This document shows positions 48,239 to 57,841 of a stretch of DNA of 64,000 nt, in pieces. Position 1 is the first letter of the stretch; each line of letters begins with the position of its first letter. The position numbers and the translations under genes are program-made. Source of the DNA: Thermodesulfobacteriota bacterium. GTDB taxonomy: Bacteria > Desulfobacterota_D > UBA1144 > Nemesobacterales > Nemesobacteraceae. Where the stretch lies: positions 320,001 through 384,000 of the forward strand of contig OZ241855.1 of NCBI GenBank assembly GCA_965202785.1. Reading direction: 5' to 3'. The notes under the pieces are model-generated. The model did no database searches and was not told the DNA's origin. It worked only from the letters and a program-made list of their open reading frames with translations.

Positions 48239-51088
48239 ATGGAGAAATCAAAAATCGAAGATCTGAGCAGGGCGATTGGCAGGCAGATCCGGGGCGAGAT
48301 AAGAGAAAGCCTCGTTGACCGGGCCATCTACAGCACGGACGCAAGCAACTACAGAATCCTCCCCGAAGCGGTCGTAATTCCGAAAACCCCCCAGGACATA
48401 GAGATCACAATTTCCGAAGCCTCCGCCCGCAACATACCGGTCACGGTGCGCGGAGCCGGGACAAGCCTTGCGGGACAGGCGGTAGGAGAAGGAATAATCC
48501 TTGACCTGTCAAAGTACATGAACAGGGTGGTCGACGTGGACGCCGGAGGAAGGAAAGTCAGGGTGGAGCCCGGAATCTCGATCGACAACCTCAACAGAGA
48601 CCTCTCGCCCCTGGGACTCATGTTCGGGCCGGACCCCTCAAGCGCAAGCGTCGCCACCGTAGGGGGAGCCGTCGCGAACAACGCTACGGGAGCTCACTCC
48701 ATACTTTACGGAATGGCGGGCGATCACGTGATTTCCTCAAACGTCGTGCTGGCGGACGGGTCTTCTCTCGAGCTTTCCGGGGAAAACTACAAAAGACGCG
48801 GCGGAGGACCCGGCATTGCGGAAAGTCTTTTCGAAAAACTCGCCGCGCTTATAAAGGAAAGCGGGGAGCTTGTAAAAACCGATTTTCCAAAACACTGGAG
48901 AAGGGCTTCGGGGTATTCACTTAATTATTTTCTGGACGGGGAGTTCAATCCCGCGAAACTTCTTGCCTCCTCGGAAGGCACTCTGGCGGTCTCGACCGAT
49001 TTTGAGCTTAACCTCGTTGAAAAACCCCTCTCAAGCGCGCTTTGCGTCATCCCGTTTCGTGAAATTCCGGAGGCAATGGACTCGGTCTTAGAAATTCTCT
49101 CCCACGGTCCCTCGGCGATAGAACTTATTGACGGAACCCTGATAGGTCTCGCGAGAAGAAAAAAAGGGTTCTCCCACGCCCTCTCCTTCATTGACGGAAT
49201 CCCCGGGTCTATTCTGGTAGTCGAATTCCAGGGAGACGACGAAAGGCAGACCGGCGAGAGGGCGAAAGCCCTCGCAAAGTCCCTGAATTCCGCTTTTGCG
49301 CTGCTGGGACTCGAGGAGCAGAAAAAAGTCTGGGACGTAAGAAAGGCGGGGCTCGGAATCCTGATGAGCGACAGGGGCAACCGAAAACCTGTTCCTTGCA
49401 TAGAAGACGTCTCGGTTCCCGCGGAGAATCTCGCCCGTTACACAAGGGACGTGATCTCGCTTCTTTCAGAGTTCGGACTCAAAGCCGCTTTCTACGGCCA
49501 CGCAAGCGCAGGATGCCTGCACATAAGGCCCCTTCTCGACCTTCGGGAGCAGAAAGGAGTATCCGACATGACAGCCCTTTCAGAACGTACCCTCGAGCTT
49601 GTCCTTCGCCACTCGGGGGTAATGAGCGGCGAGCACGGAGACGGTCTCCAGAGAAGCTACCTTAACGAAAGGCTCTTCGGAGAGGGGCTTTACTCGGTGA
49701 TGAAAGAACTAAAGGAGATATTTGATCCGCTGGGGGTGCTCAATCCGGGAAAAGTCGTCTGTGGGTCCGATTCTTCCCTTAGTCTCAGAATGAAGAAATC
49801 CGCTGGGGGTATCACCACCTCTCTTGACTGGTCCCGGGAGGGGGGTCTCGCCGCGGCAGCCGCGATGTGCAACGGCCAGGGGGTCTGCAGAAAGACCGCC
49901 GAGGGGATAATGTGTCCCTCCTACAGGGCGACTCTTGACGAAGGCGACACCACAAGGGCACGCGCCAACCTGCTCCGGGAACTTCTGCTGGGCCACATGG
50001 ACGCAGACATGATCTATGACAAAGGATTCTACGATGTTTTCGATCTCTGCGTGGGATGCAAGGCGTGCCGTACCGAATGTCCTTCAGGGGTTGACGTCAG
50101 CAAGATGAAAACCGAGTTCCTGGCGCTCTACAAAAACAAAACCGGGTTTACGGCAAGGGACAGCCTGTTTGCCCGAGTGCACGAGATAAGTTCCGCGCGT
50201 AGCGCCCTTCCCCGCTTTTTAAACCGGGCGCTTGAGAGTTCTTTTTCCCGAGGGCTGCTTTCGCTCGCGGGAATTTCCCGAAGAAGATCTCTTCCCCCGA
50301 TGGCCGAAGATACTTTCAGCGGGTGGTTCCGCAAAAGGAAAAGAGAACCCCGGAACGGAAAACAGGTGGTTTATTTCCACGACACGTGGTCTGAGTTTTT
50401 CTACCCAGAAATAGGAAAAGCCGTTGTCGGGGTGCTTGAGGGCCTTGGTTTCGAGGTGCTTCTGGAGAGACAAAGAGAATGCTGCGGGCGGCCGATGCTG
50501 AGTACCGGCATGGTGGAGAAAGCCAGGGAGAACGCGGTTCAAAACGTAAATGTCCTCTCAGATTACGCCAGAGGGAATATCCCTGTGATCTTTTCAGAAC
50601 CCAGCTGCCTCTCTGCGTTTCGGGATGAATACGCCGACCTTCTTCCGGGTAACGAACCACTGAACGCGCTCCTTCCGAACATACACTCGGTCTGCGAATT
50701 TGTCTGCGCGCAAGGTGATAATTTCCTCGATCCCAACAAGCAAAGACGCGGAAGGATACTCGTTCACGGGCACTGCCACGAAAGATCCGTTGGCGATTTC
50801 GGAAAGACCCTGTCACTTCTTAACGACCTGGGATACGACGCGAGGTCAAGCGACGCTGGGTGCTGCGGCATGGCAGGGAGCTTCGGTTACGAAAAAGAGC
50901 ACTACGAGGTATCGAAAGCCATGGGGGAGTGCGGTCTTTTCCCGAAAATAAGGAACTTGGGAAAATCGGAGAGGGTCTGCGTAACGGGCGTATCATGCCT
51001 CGAGCAGGTCTCCCATTTCACCGGGGCAGTTCCGGTTCACGTAGCCCTGCTTCTCGAAGAATGCATATCGGCTAAAGATACGAAATAA
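48239..51088 (+). CDS. FAD-linked Fe-S oxidoreductase (YdiJ/GlcD-GlcF fusion-like 2-hydroxyacid dehydrogenase)
   Basis: RGAGTSLAGQ, GHASAGCLH, GEHGDG, CNGQG.C, C..CK.C...CP, CCG motifs. Confidence 0.88.
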   Translation: MEKSKIEDLSRAIGRQIRGEIRESLVDRAIYSTDASNYRILPEAVVIPKTPQDIEITISEASARNIPVTVRGAGTSLAGQAVGEGIILDLSKYMNRVVDVDAGGRKVRVEPGISIDNLNRDLSPLGLMFGPDPSSASVATVGGAVANNATGAHSILYGMAGDHVISSNVVLADGSSLELSGENYKRRGGGPGIAESLFEKLAALIKESGELVKTDFPKHWRRASGYSLNYFLDGEFNPAKLLASSEGTLAVSTDFELNLVEKPLSSALCVIPFREIPEAMDSVLEILSHGPSAIELIDGTLIGLARRKKGFSHALSFIDGIPGSILVVEFQGDDERQTGERAKALAKSLNSAFALLGLEEQKKVWDVRKAGLGILMSDRGNRKPVPCIEDVSVPAENLARYTRDVISLLSEFGLKAAFYGHASAGCLHIRPLLDLREQKGVSDMTALSERTLELVLRHSGVMSGEHGDGLQRSYLNERLFGEGLYSVMKELKEIFDPLGVLNPGKVVCGSDSSLSLRMKKSAGGITTSLDWSREGGLAAAAAMCNGQGVCRKTAEGIMCPSYRATLDEGDTTRARANLLRELLLGHMDADMIYDKGFYDVFDLCVGCKACRTECPSGVDVSKMKTEFLALYKNKTGFTARDSLFARVHEISSARSALPRFLNRALESSFSRGLLSLAGISRRRSLPPMAEDTFSGWFRKRKREPRNGKQVVYFHDTWSEFFYPEIGKAVVGVLEGLGFEVLLERQRECCGRPMLSTGMVEKARENAVQNVNVLSDYARGNIPVIFSEPSCLSAFRDEYADLLPGNEPLNALLPNIHSVCEFVCAQGDNFLDPNKQRRGRILVHGHCHERSVGDFGKTLSLLNDLGYDARSSDAGCCGMAGSFGYEKEHYEVSKAMGECGLFPKIRNLGKSERVCVTGVSCLEQVSHFTGAVPVHVALLLEECISAKDTK

Positions 51089-51137
51089 CCATCTCCCGTC
51101 ATAGAAGACACCCTTGCTTGCCGGTAAGATAAAGACC

Positions 51138-52133
51138 ATGGGATTTCCGCAGATCATAGGACACGAACCCCAGAAGGAATTTCTTCGCAATTCGGTCCGC
51201 AAAAACCGGATCTCGCACGCATACCTTTTCTCAGGACCCGAGGGCGTAGGGAAGAAACTGGTCGCAACCGGTTTCGCGAAACTCATAAACTGCACCGAGG
51301 ATGGAATGGAGAACCTTGATTGCGAATGCACCTCGTGCGTGAAAACCGAAAAAGGCCTTAACCCCGACGTTTTAGTGTTCGGATACCCGGGCGAGAAGAC
51401 GATAAAAGTGGACCACGTTAGACAGGACATAGAGCGGCTGATACACCTGGCGCCCTATGAGAATCCCTACAAGGTCTTCATAATCGACGGCGCGCAGAGA
51501 ATGAACTTCAACGCCCAGAACGCATTCCTGAAGACCCTCGAAGAACCGCCGCCTAATTCCGTCATAATCCTCATAACGACGCTCGCGGATCTGCTCATGC
51601 CGACTATAAGGTCAAGATGCCAGTCGGTGGTCTTCCAGCCCCTTGGGGCAGGACAGGTAAGAGAGTTTCTGGAAAAGGAAAAGCCCGGGGAGAATGACCC
51701 GGAGCTTGTCTCGAAAATATCGGGAGGGAGCATCTCAAGGGCGCTTGGTACCGATGAAGATTATCTTCGTAAAAGAATCGAATACATAGACTGCGTAATG
51801 GCCGTTAACGCCAAAAAACCCCTTACCCTTTTTGATTCCGTGGAGAGGATACAGAAAGACGTAAAAGGCGGAGGACCGCAGGAACTGAAAACGGTCTTTG
51901 ACATTCTCTCGACATGGCTTAGGGATTCGCTGGTTCTTAAAACCTCCGGGAAAAAAGAGGAAATAGTAAACATCGACCTCATTGAGCAGCTAAGCGAATA
52001 TTCAGAAAAAAGGGACGTACTTGAACTTCTGGGTAAATTCGCCGCTCTTGAGGAAACCATGGCGCGGATTTCAGAAAATAACGCGAACGTCGAGGTTTCT
52101 CTTGAGAACCTTCTCCTGAGGCTTGCTCTATAG
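51138..52133 (+). CDS. holB: DNA polymerase III delta' subunit
   Basis: HAYLF.GP.G.GK, Zn-binding Cys, NA.LK.LEEPP, TIRSRC. Confidence 0.93.
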   Translation: MGFPQIIGHEPQKEFLRNSVRKNRISHAYLFSGPEGVGKKLVATGFAKLINCTEDGMENLDCECTSCVKTEKGLNPDVLVFGYPGEKTIKVDHVRQDIERLIHLAPYENPYKVFIIDGAQRMNFNAQNAFLKTLEEPPPNSVIILITTLADLLMPTIRSRCQSVVFQPLGAGQVREFLEKEKPGENDPELVSKISGGSISRALGTDEDYLRKRIEYIDCVMAVNAKKPLTLFDSVERIQKDVKGGGPQELKTVFDILSTWLRDSLVLKTSGKKEEIVNIDLIEQLSEYSEKRDVLELLGKFAALEETMARISENNANVEVSLENLLLRLAL

Positions 52134-52340
52134 CGATATCAATCCGCCTGAGGCTTCTTAATCTACTGATTCACCCGTTGTGGGCGGCACTTGAAACCAC
52201 GCTTTATAATTCCATAACAAGCATCAAAATCCCTTGTCGAATATTAAAGATTGCATTTTTATTAACACTTGTCGTACTCTTAGGAATACCCTCAATGATT
52301 TAATCAAAAACTTAGCACAGGCGGAGGCGGAGGATGATAC

Positions 52341-53672
52341 ATGTACAAACTTATCTTAAGCATTGTAATTCTGCTGTCCGCTTCTCCACTGGCGTTTGCC
52401 GACGAGGCAGCCGATGAGAACGAAGCTTTAAGGCAACATATCGAATATCTGGAGCAAGAGCTGAAAAAAGCCCGGGAAGAACTCGCGGAGTCGGAATCTC
52501 GGACAGTTTCCCAGAAGCCTGAGGAATCGAAAAAAAGTCCGATTAGAATCGGCGGCGCCATGCGAGCGAACCACGCCTACGGCGATTACTCCGGGCGCAG
52601 GGGCGAGAACATCGGGGATTCCGACTTTGAACTCTTACGCCTTAACGCCGATCTCGAGTACAACAACGTTATAGGCAGAGTCGAATACCGGTATTACGAC
52701 GACTACAGCATGATGCACACGGCATGGCTCGGATACGCATCGGACGGTTTCGGCACTCTCAAGGCGGGCATCGTTCGCGTTCCTTTCGGACCGGGACCTT
52801 GGGGCGTTTCGAACAGCTGGTTCTTCGATCAGCATTATTACCTCGGACTTGCAGACGACATGGATCTGGGAGTCAGGTGGACAAAACCCTTCGGCGACCT
52901 GACTGTTGACTTGGCCTACTATCTTCAGGACGAGGGACACTGGGACGGAAGCAGCCGCGACAGCGCCCGATACAGTTACGACCCCGTGAAGTGGAACAGC
53001 GGAGCCACATCAGAAGGGGATGTTACCGACTTCGGGGAAAACGGCTTTGAGGAAAAACACCAGTTCAACCTGCGCCTCATCTACGCGACCGAAAACATCG
53101 GAGATATCGGAATGTCCTTTCAGTACGGCAGGCTCGAGGGAACGAACGTCGATGACTCAGGCGCCGACCACCTAGCCGTCTCCGCCCACGCAGTGACCCC
53201 GCTTCGGGATTTCACGCTCCTCTCCCAGGTGTCCTACTACAAGTACGACATTACGGATGATACTCCCTGGGGAACCGGCGACCTTATTCCGATGGGAGCG
53301 TTTAATTTCGCCTGGCCCGTGGCGTCTGAGGCGTGGGTGCCTGCTCTTTCCCTTCGATACAACGGCCTTGAGGGTGCGGACATCCCGTGGCTTGACGGCG
53401 TCACGCCCTATGTCGAGTGGAGTTCCATCATAAAGGACGGGGGCGATCTCAACAACAGCTCGCTCTGGGTCTTCGGAGCGCTTTGGTACTGGGGCTCTCT
53501 GTATATTTACACGGACTTTGCGGTTTCCGACGGCAACTTCTTCGTCGGTGCCGAAGGAGATGACTACGGCAATATCTACGACGGAGTAAACGATTTCGGC
53601 GCGAGCGGAAACAACAGGTGGCACAAGCGCTTTAACGTCAACGTGGGCTACTATTTCACCCTTTACGAATAA
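52341..53672 (+). CDS. Putative outer-membrane beta-barrel porin
   Basis: Signal peptide AFA|D, short coiled coil, aromatic alternating strands, ends RFNVNVGYYF. Confidence 0.75.
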   Translation: MYKLILSIVILLSASPLAFADEAADENEALRQHIEYLEQELKKAREELAESESRTVSQKPEESKKSPIRIGGAMRANHAYGDYSGRRGENIGDSDFELLRLNADLEYNNVIGRVEYRYYDDYSMMHTAWLGYASDGFGTLKAGIVRVPFGPGPWGVSNSWFFDQHYYLGLADDMDLGVRWTKPFGDLTVDLAYYLQDEGHWDGSSRDSARYSYDPVKWNSGATSEGDVTDFGENGFEEKHQFNLRLIYATENIGDIGMSFQYGRLEGTNVDDSGADHLAVSAHAVTPLRDFTLLSQVSYYKYDITDDTPWGTGDLIPMGAFNFAWPVASEAWVPALSLRYNGLEGADIPWLDGVTPYVEWSSIIKDGGDLNNSSLWVFGALWYWGSLYIYTDFAVSDGNFFVGAEGDDYGNIYDGVNDFGASGNNRWHKRFNVNVGYYFTLYE

Positions 53673-53699
53673 AAGGACGCGGGAGGAGAGGGAATATAA

Positions 53700-55238
53700 A
53701 TGGAAGATAATCACGGACACCCCGCCGGGGGGGATAATCTCAAGATATTTGGTCTGGATATAAACGCCCCGGTATTTGTGACTTCGGGGATCGTCACGCT
53801 CATTTTTGTAGTCGGGGCGCTGATTTTTCAGGAGAAAGCAACGGAAGTTCTGGGGACGCTTCGCGTATGGATTACCACCCAGTTTGACTGGCTTTTCATG
53901 AGTGCCTGCAACATATGCGCGCTGTTCTGTTTCTTTCTGATTTTATCCCCGCTCGGCAAAGTGCGCCTCGGCGGTCCGGACGCGGTTCCCCAGTACTCAA
54001 GAATCACCTGGTTCTCCATGATCTTTACGGCGGGAGTCGCCATTGGCCTGCTGTTCTACGGCGTACTGGAACCGCTCTATTATTTCCAGAATCCCCCTCT
54101 GGGAATCGATCCCTCCGACACCAAGGCGGCTCAAGCTATCAGTATATCCGCGGCAACCTTCCACTGGGGACTCTCCGCGTGGGCATTTTACGCAACAGCG
54201 GGCCTCGGCCTCGCGTTTTTCTGCTACAACAGGGGACTGCCTCTCACGATCCGTTCCGCATTCCACCCCCTTCTCGGCGAACGCGTATGGGGCTGGAGCG
54301 GACACCTTATAGACACGCTTGCCATATTCGCCACATTGTTCGGCCTCGCCACATCACTCGGTCTCGGCGCGAAGCAGGCCATGGCCGGCCTTAACTATCT
54401 GTTCGGAATTCCGGCAACCGAGCTGGCCCAGGTGGTGTTTGTAGTCGCAACCACTTCCCTTGCCACTGTTTCGGTGCTGAGCGGACTGAACGTGGGCATT
54501 AAACGCCTGAGCCAGTTCAATATCGCCCTTGCCCTGCTTCTGCTGCTGTTCGTTCTCATAGCGGGACCGACGCAGTATATATTTAACAGCTTCTTCGCGG
54601 GACTTGCGGACTATTTCGCCAAAGTCATACCTCTTAGCAACTGGATAGGGAGAGAGGATACGGATTTTCTGCATGGCTGGACAACTTTTTACTGGGCCTG
54701 GTGGATTTCATGGACGCCGTTTGTCGGAATGTTCATCGCCCGTATCTCAAGGGGGCGGACCGTCCGTGAATTTATTGTCTGCGTCCTTTTCCTGCCGGCG
54801 CTGTGCTCTCTGCTGTGGATGAGTGTTTTCGGCGGCACGGCCGTCCACCAGCTGCTGTTTGACGGCTACACGGGCGTGTCCCAGATAATCACGGAGTGGA
54901 AACCGGAACTTGCGCTGTTCAAAATGCTTGAAATGCTGCCGATGGCCCAACTGGTTTCATTTGCGAGCGTCGTTCTTCTTATAATCTTCTTCGTTACGTC
55001 ATCGGATTCCGGTTCGCTTGTCATCGACATCACGTCAGCCGGCGGAAAGCTTGAACCTCCCGCGGCCCAGCGCGTGTTCTGGTGCAGCCTTGAGGGCGCA
55101 GTCGCCATCGCCCTGCTTCTCGGCGGAGGGCTGAAATCATTGCAGGCGGCTTCAATCACGGCCGGACTTCCGTTTTCGATCCTGCTCATCCTGATGACGG
55201 TTAGTATATGGAAGGGACTCAGAGACGAGACCCGCTAA
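53700..55238 (+). CDS. BCCT family transporter 1
   Basis: WFSM.F.AG, FHWG, PL.IRS.F, WT.FYWAWWISW.PFVG.FIARISRGRT.REF, SSDSG. Confidence 0.95.
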   Translation: MEDNHGHPAGGDNLKIFGLDINAPVFVTSGIVTLIFVVGALIFQEKATEVLGTLRVWITTQFDWLFMSACNICALFCFFLILSPLGKVRLGGPDAVPQYSRITWFSMIFTAGVAIGLLFYGVLEPLYYFQNPPLGIDPSDTKAAQAISISAATFHWGLSAWAFYATAGLGLAFFCYNRGLPLTIRSAFHPLLGERVWGWSGHLIDTLAIFATLFGLATSLGLGAKQAMAGLNYLFGIPATELAQVVFVVATTSLATVSVLSGLNVGIKRLSQFNIALALLLLLFVLIAGPTQYIFNSFFAGLADYFAKVIPLSNWIGREDTDFLHGWTTFYWAWWISWTPFVGMFIARISRGRTVREFIVCVLFLPALCSLLWMSVFGGTAVHQLLFDGYTGVSQIITEWKPELALFKMLEMLPMAQLVSFASVVLLIIFFVTSSDSGSLVIDITSAGGKLEPPAAQRVFWCSLEGAVAIALLLGGGLKSLQAASITAGLPFSILLILMTVSIWKGLRDETR

Positions 55239-55291
55239 CAGAAACAAGGTTTTCAGCGCAAATGCGGTAGTTCAGCGTCGGTTTCCATGAG

Positions 55292-56908
55292 ATGAAACGA
55301 GAGAAAAAACCGTCACGTGCATCAAGCATTTACAAGGGACGTTCCTACTGGCGCGGACGGGACAATATCAGGATATTCGGGCTTGACCTCCACGTGAGGT
55401 CATTCCTTGTTTCCGCGCTTGTCATCGTCATCTTCATTGCCGCCGGGACGATCTTTCAGGAAAAAACGGCCGAGATCTTCGCAGACGCACGCCACTGGGT
55501 CGTCACGCGATTCCACTGGTTGTTCATGAGCGTAGCCAACGTCATACTGGTTTTCTGCCTGCTGCTGATCTTCTCCCCGCTTGCCAAGGTACGTCTGGGC
55601 GGCCGGGACGCGAAACCGGACTACTCGTACCCAAGCTGGTTCGCCATGATCTTTTCGACGTCGGTAAGCGCAGGATTCCTGTTTTTCGGGGTGGTTGAAC
55701 CGGTACATCATTTTCAGAATCCCCCGCTCGGCATCGACCCTTCCGACACCAAAACCGCTTTTGCCGTGGGCATGGCTGGGGCTATTTTTCACTGGGGACT
55801 CCACGGATGGGCGATATTCGCCGTCGTGGGCCTGTCAATGGCTCTTTTCTCCTACAACATGGGCATGCCGTTTTCCCTGCGTTCGGTGTTCTATCCCGTT
55901 TTAGGCAACCGCGTGTGGGGCTGGAGCGGGCACCTGATCGAAGCGCTGGCGGTATTCTCCACACTGTTCGGCATTGCAGTCTCGATCGGCCTCGGAACCG
56001 AGCTGATAACCGGCGGAATTGATTACCTGTTCTCGATTCCCCCGACCGATCTCCTCAAGGTGGTGCTGATCGCCTTGGTGGTGCTGACGGCGATGACGGC
56101 CCTGCTGACCGGGATAAATACCGGAATCGGCCTCCTGAGCCGAATCAACATAATCCTCGCGGTATCACTTATGCTGTTCATCATTGCGGCCGGACCGACG
56201 CTTGACATCCTCCGCCACTGCCTGGACTCAACCACCACTTATATCATGAGCATAACGTCCCTCAGCATCTGGACAGGACGCGAGGACGTGGATTTTCTGC
56301 ACGAATGGACCATCTTTTACTGGGCCTGGTGGTTCTGCTACGCGCCGTTTGTCGGAATGTTCATCGCCCGCATTTCCAAAGGCAGAACCGTACGCGAGTT
56401 TCTGTTTTTCGTGCTCATACTGCCGACCATTTTCTGCGTGCTCTGGATGAACGCCTTCGGAGGCACGGCTGTTCACCAGTTTCTGATCGACGGTTACACC
56501 GGGGTGACAGAAACGGTCGCTACGGGGCTTCATGGACTCGCTTTGTTCAAACTGCTGGAGACGTTTCCGCTGACACAGGTGTTCAGTCTTGTGAGCATCG
56601 TCATGTTATTTTCTTTTCTCGTCGTCTCGCTTGATTCCGGGTCTCTGGCCGTTGATTCCATAACAGCCGGGGGGAAGCTCAACACGCCCGTGCGGCAACG
56701 CGAGTTCTGGTGCTTTATAGGAGGACTGATCCCCGCCGTGCTGATGCTCGCAGGCGGATTGGGGTCATTTCAGGCCGCAGTTATCGTTGCAAGCCTTCCG
56801 CTTGCCGTTTTGTTCGTCGTGATGCTTTTCGGTATCTGGACGGGACTTCGCCGCGAGTTGCGCCACCCACATCATCCGAGACAGCCATCCCGCAAAGACA
56901 CCGGTTGA
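55292..56908 (+). CDS. BCCT family transporter 2 (diverged motifs)
   Basis: FHWGLHGW, WTIFYWAWWFCYAPFVG.FIARISKGRT; paralog of the upstream gene. Confidence 0.93.
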   Translation: MKREKKPSRASSIYKGRSYWRGRDNIRIFGLDLHVRSFLVSALVIVIFIAAGTIFQEKTAEIFADARHWVVTRFHWLFMSVANVILVFCLLLIFSPLAKVRLGGRDAKPDYSYPSWFAMIFSTSVSAGFLFFGVVEPVHHFQNPPLGIDPSDTKTAFAVGMAGAIFHWGLHGWAIFAVVGLSMALFSYNMGMPFSLRSVFYPVLGNRVWGWSGHLIEALAVFSTLFGIAVSIGLGTELITGGIDYLFSIPPTDLLKVVLIALVVLTAMTALLTGINTGIGLLSRINIILAVSLMLFIIAAGPTLDILRHCLDSTTTYIMSITSLSIWTGREDVDFLHEWTIFYWAWWFCYAPFVGMFIARISKGRTVREFLFFVLILPTIFCVLWMNAFGGTAVHQFLIDGYTGVTETVATGLHGLALFKLLETFPLTQVFSLVSIVMLFSFLVVSLDSGSLAVDSITAGGKLNTPVRQREFWCFIGGLIPAVLMLAGGLGSFQAAVIVASLPLAVLFVVMLFGIWTGLRRELRHPHHPRQPSRKDTG

Positions 56909-57082
56909 GGAAACCCCAGCAACCGCAAACGACGGACTGCCGACACGGGCACAAGATGTTTTGAATATCACCTTGGAATCAGAACTGGTATTGAAGCTGA
57001 ACATTAGGGATTCTCTTGGGAAGATTGTGCTTAGGGTTTCCCGATAGAGATATCAATACGAACTGAATGCATCTTGCAAAAC

Positions 57083-57111
57083 TTGTTTTTTAGCATCAAC
57101 TGATGTATAAT
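57083..57111 (+). promoter_or_regulatory. vapBC promoter with operator-like palindrome
   Basis: TTGTTT-N17-TATAAT; GCATCA-AC-TGATGT lies in the spacer. Confidence 0.55.
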
Positions 57112-57160
57112 TCGATGCAAACAAGGTTACAATTCAGCAATTAAACATGGAGCACTAAAG

Positions 57161-57364
57161 ATGAGAACAACATTGAATATAGACGATGAATTGCTGGCCC
57201 GAGCACAAGACATCACAAATATTACCTCAAAACCGAAGCTGATCAGGGAAGCTTTAAAAGCTTTGGTTGAGAGGGAGAGTGCGCGGCAACTTGCCAAGCT
57301 GGGTGGCAGTCAGCCTGGGCTTCGATCCATTCCGCGTCGCCGTTTTAACAATGATTCTAATTGA
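57161..57364 (+). CDS. vapB: VapB antitoxin
   Basis: MRTT.NIDD.LL..A...REAL.AL..RE.A..LA.LGGS.P. Confidence 0.9.
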   Translation: MRTTLNIDDELLARAQDITNITSKPKLIREALKALVERESARQLAKLGGSQPGLRSIPRRRFNNDSN

Positions 57365-57710
57365 TACTTCGGTATGGATTGAACATTTGAGCAAGGGCGG
57401 CAGAATTATTGAGGACCTGCTCAAAACCAGCAAGGCACTTATTCACCCTTTCGTTATCGGTGAGATTGCCTGCGGCAATCTTGCTGACCGTGCTGAAATT
57501 CTTTCATTGCTTAATGATTTGCCCACTCTGCCCGTTGCTGCAGAATCCTCAGTGTTATATTTCATTGAGCAGAATCAGTTGATGGGCCTCGGCATTGGTT
57601 ATATTGACGCTCACCTGCTGACCGCTACGGCTTTGGAACCGCCGACGCGATTATTGACTCTGGACAAACGCCTCAAAGCAGCCGCGGAAGCCTTGAATTT
57701 GTCGTATTAG
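57351..57710 (+). CDS. vapC: VapC PIN-domain toxin
   Basis: MILIDTSVWI, HPFVIGE.ACG, G.IDAHLL, T.DKRL; overlaps vapB. Confidence 0.92.
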   Translation: MILIDTSVWIEHLSKGGRIIEDLLKTSKALIHPFVIGEIACGNLADRAEILSLLNDLPTLPVAAESSVLYFIEQNQLMGLGIGYIDAHLLTATALEPPTRLLTLDKRLKAAAEALNLSY

Positions 57711-57841
57711 GCAAATCCGCCTCTAACCAAGACCATTCCATGCTCTATGGGGTCATTTCATACAAAGAATAATTGAAATACTGTTTGGTTATGTTTTATT
57801 AATCGCAATACCGACTCTCCTTCAAGGAATTACGAAAGCAT

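Noticed and set aside
52294-52307. TGATT-T-AATCA upstream of the porin/BCCT operon as a BetI-type operator
   Set aside because: Only 5-bp arms in AT-rich DNA and no regulator nearby
57161-57710. vapBC as a novel system
   Set aside because: Ordinary, widespread type II toxin-antitoxin module
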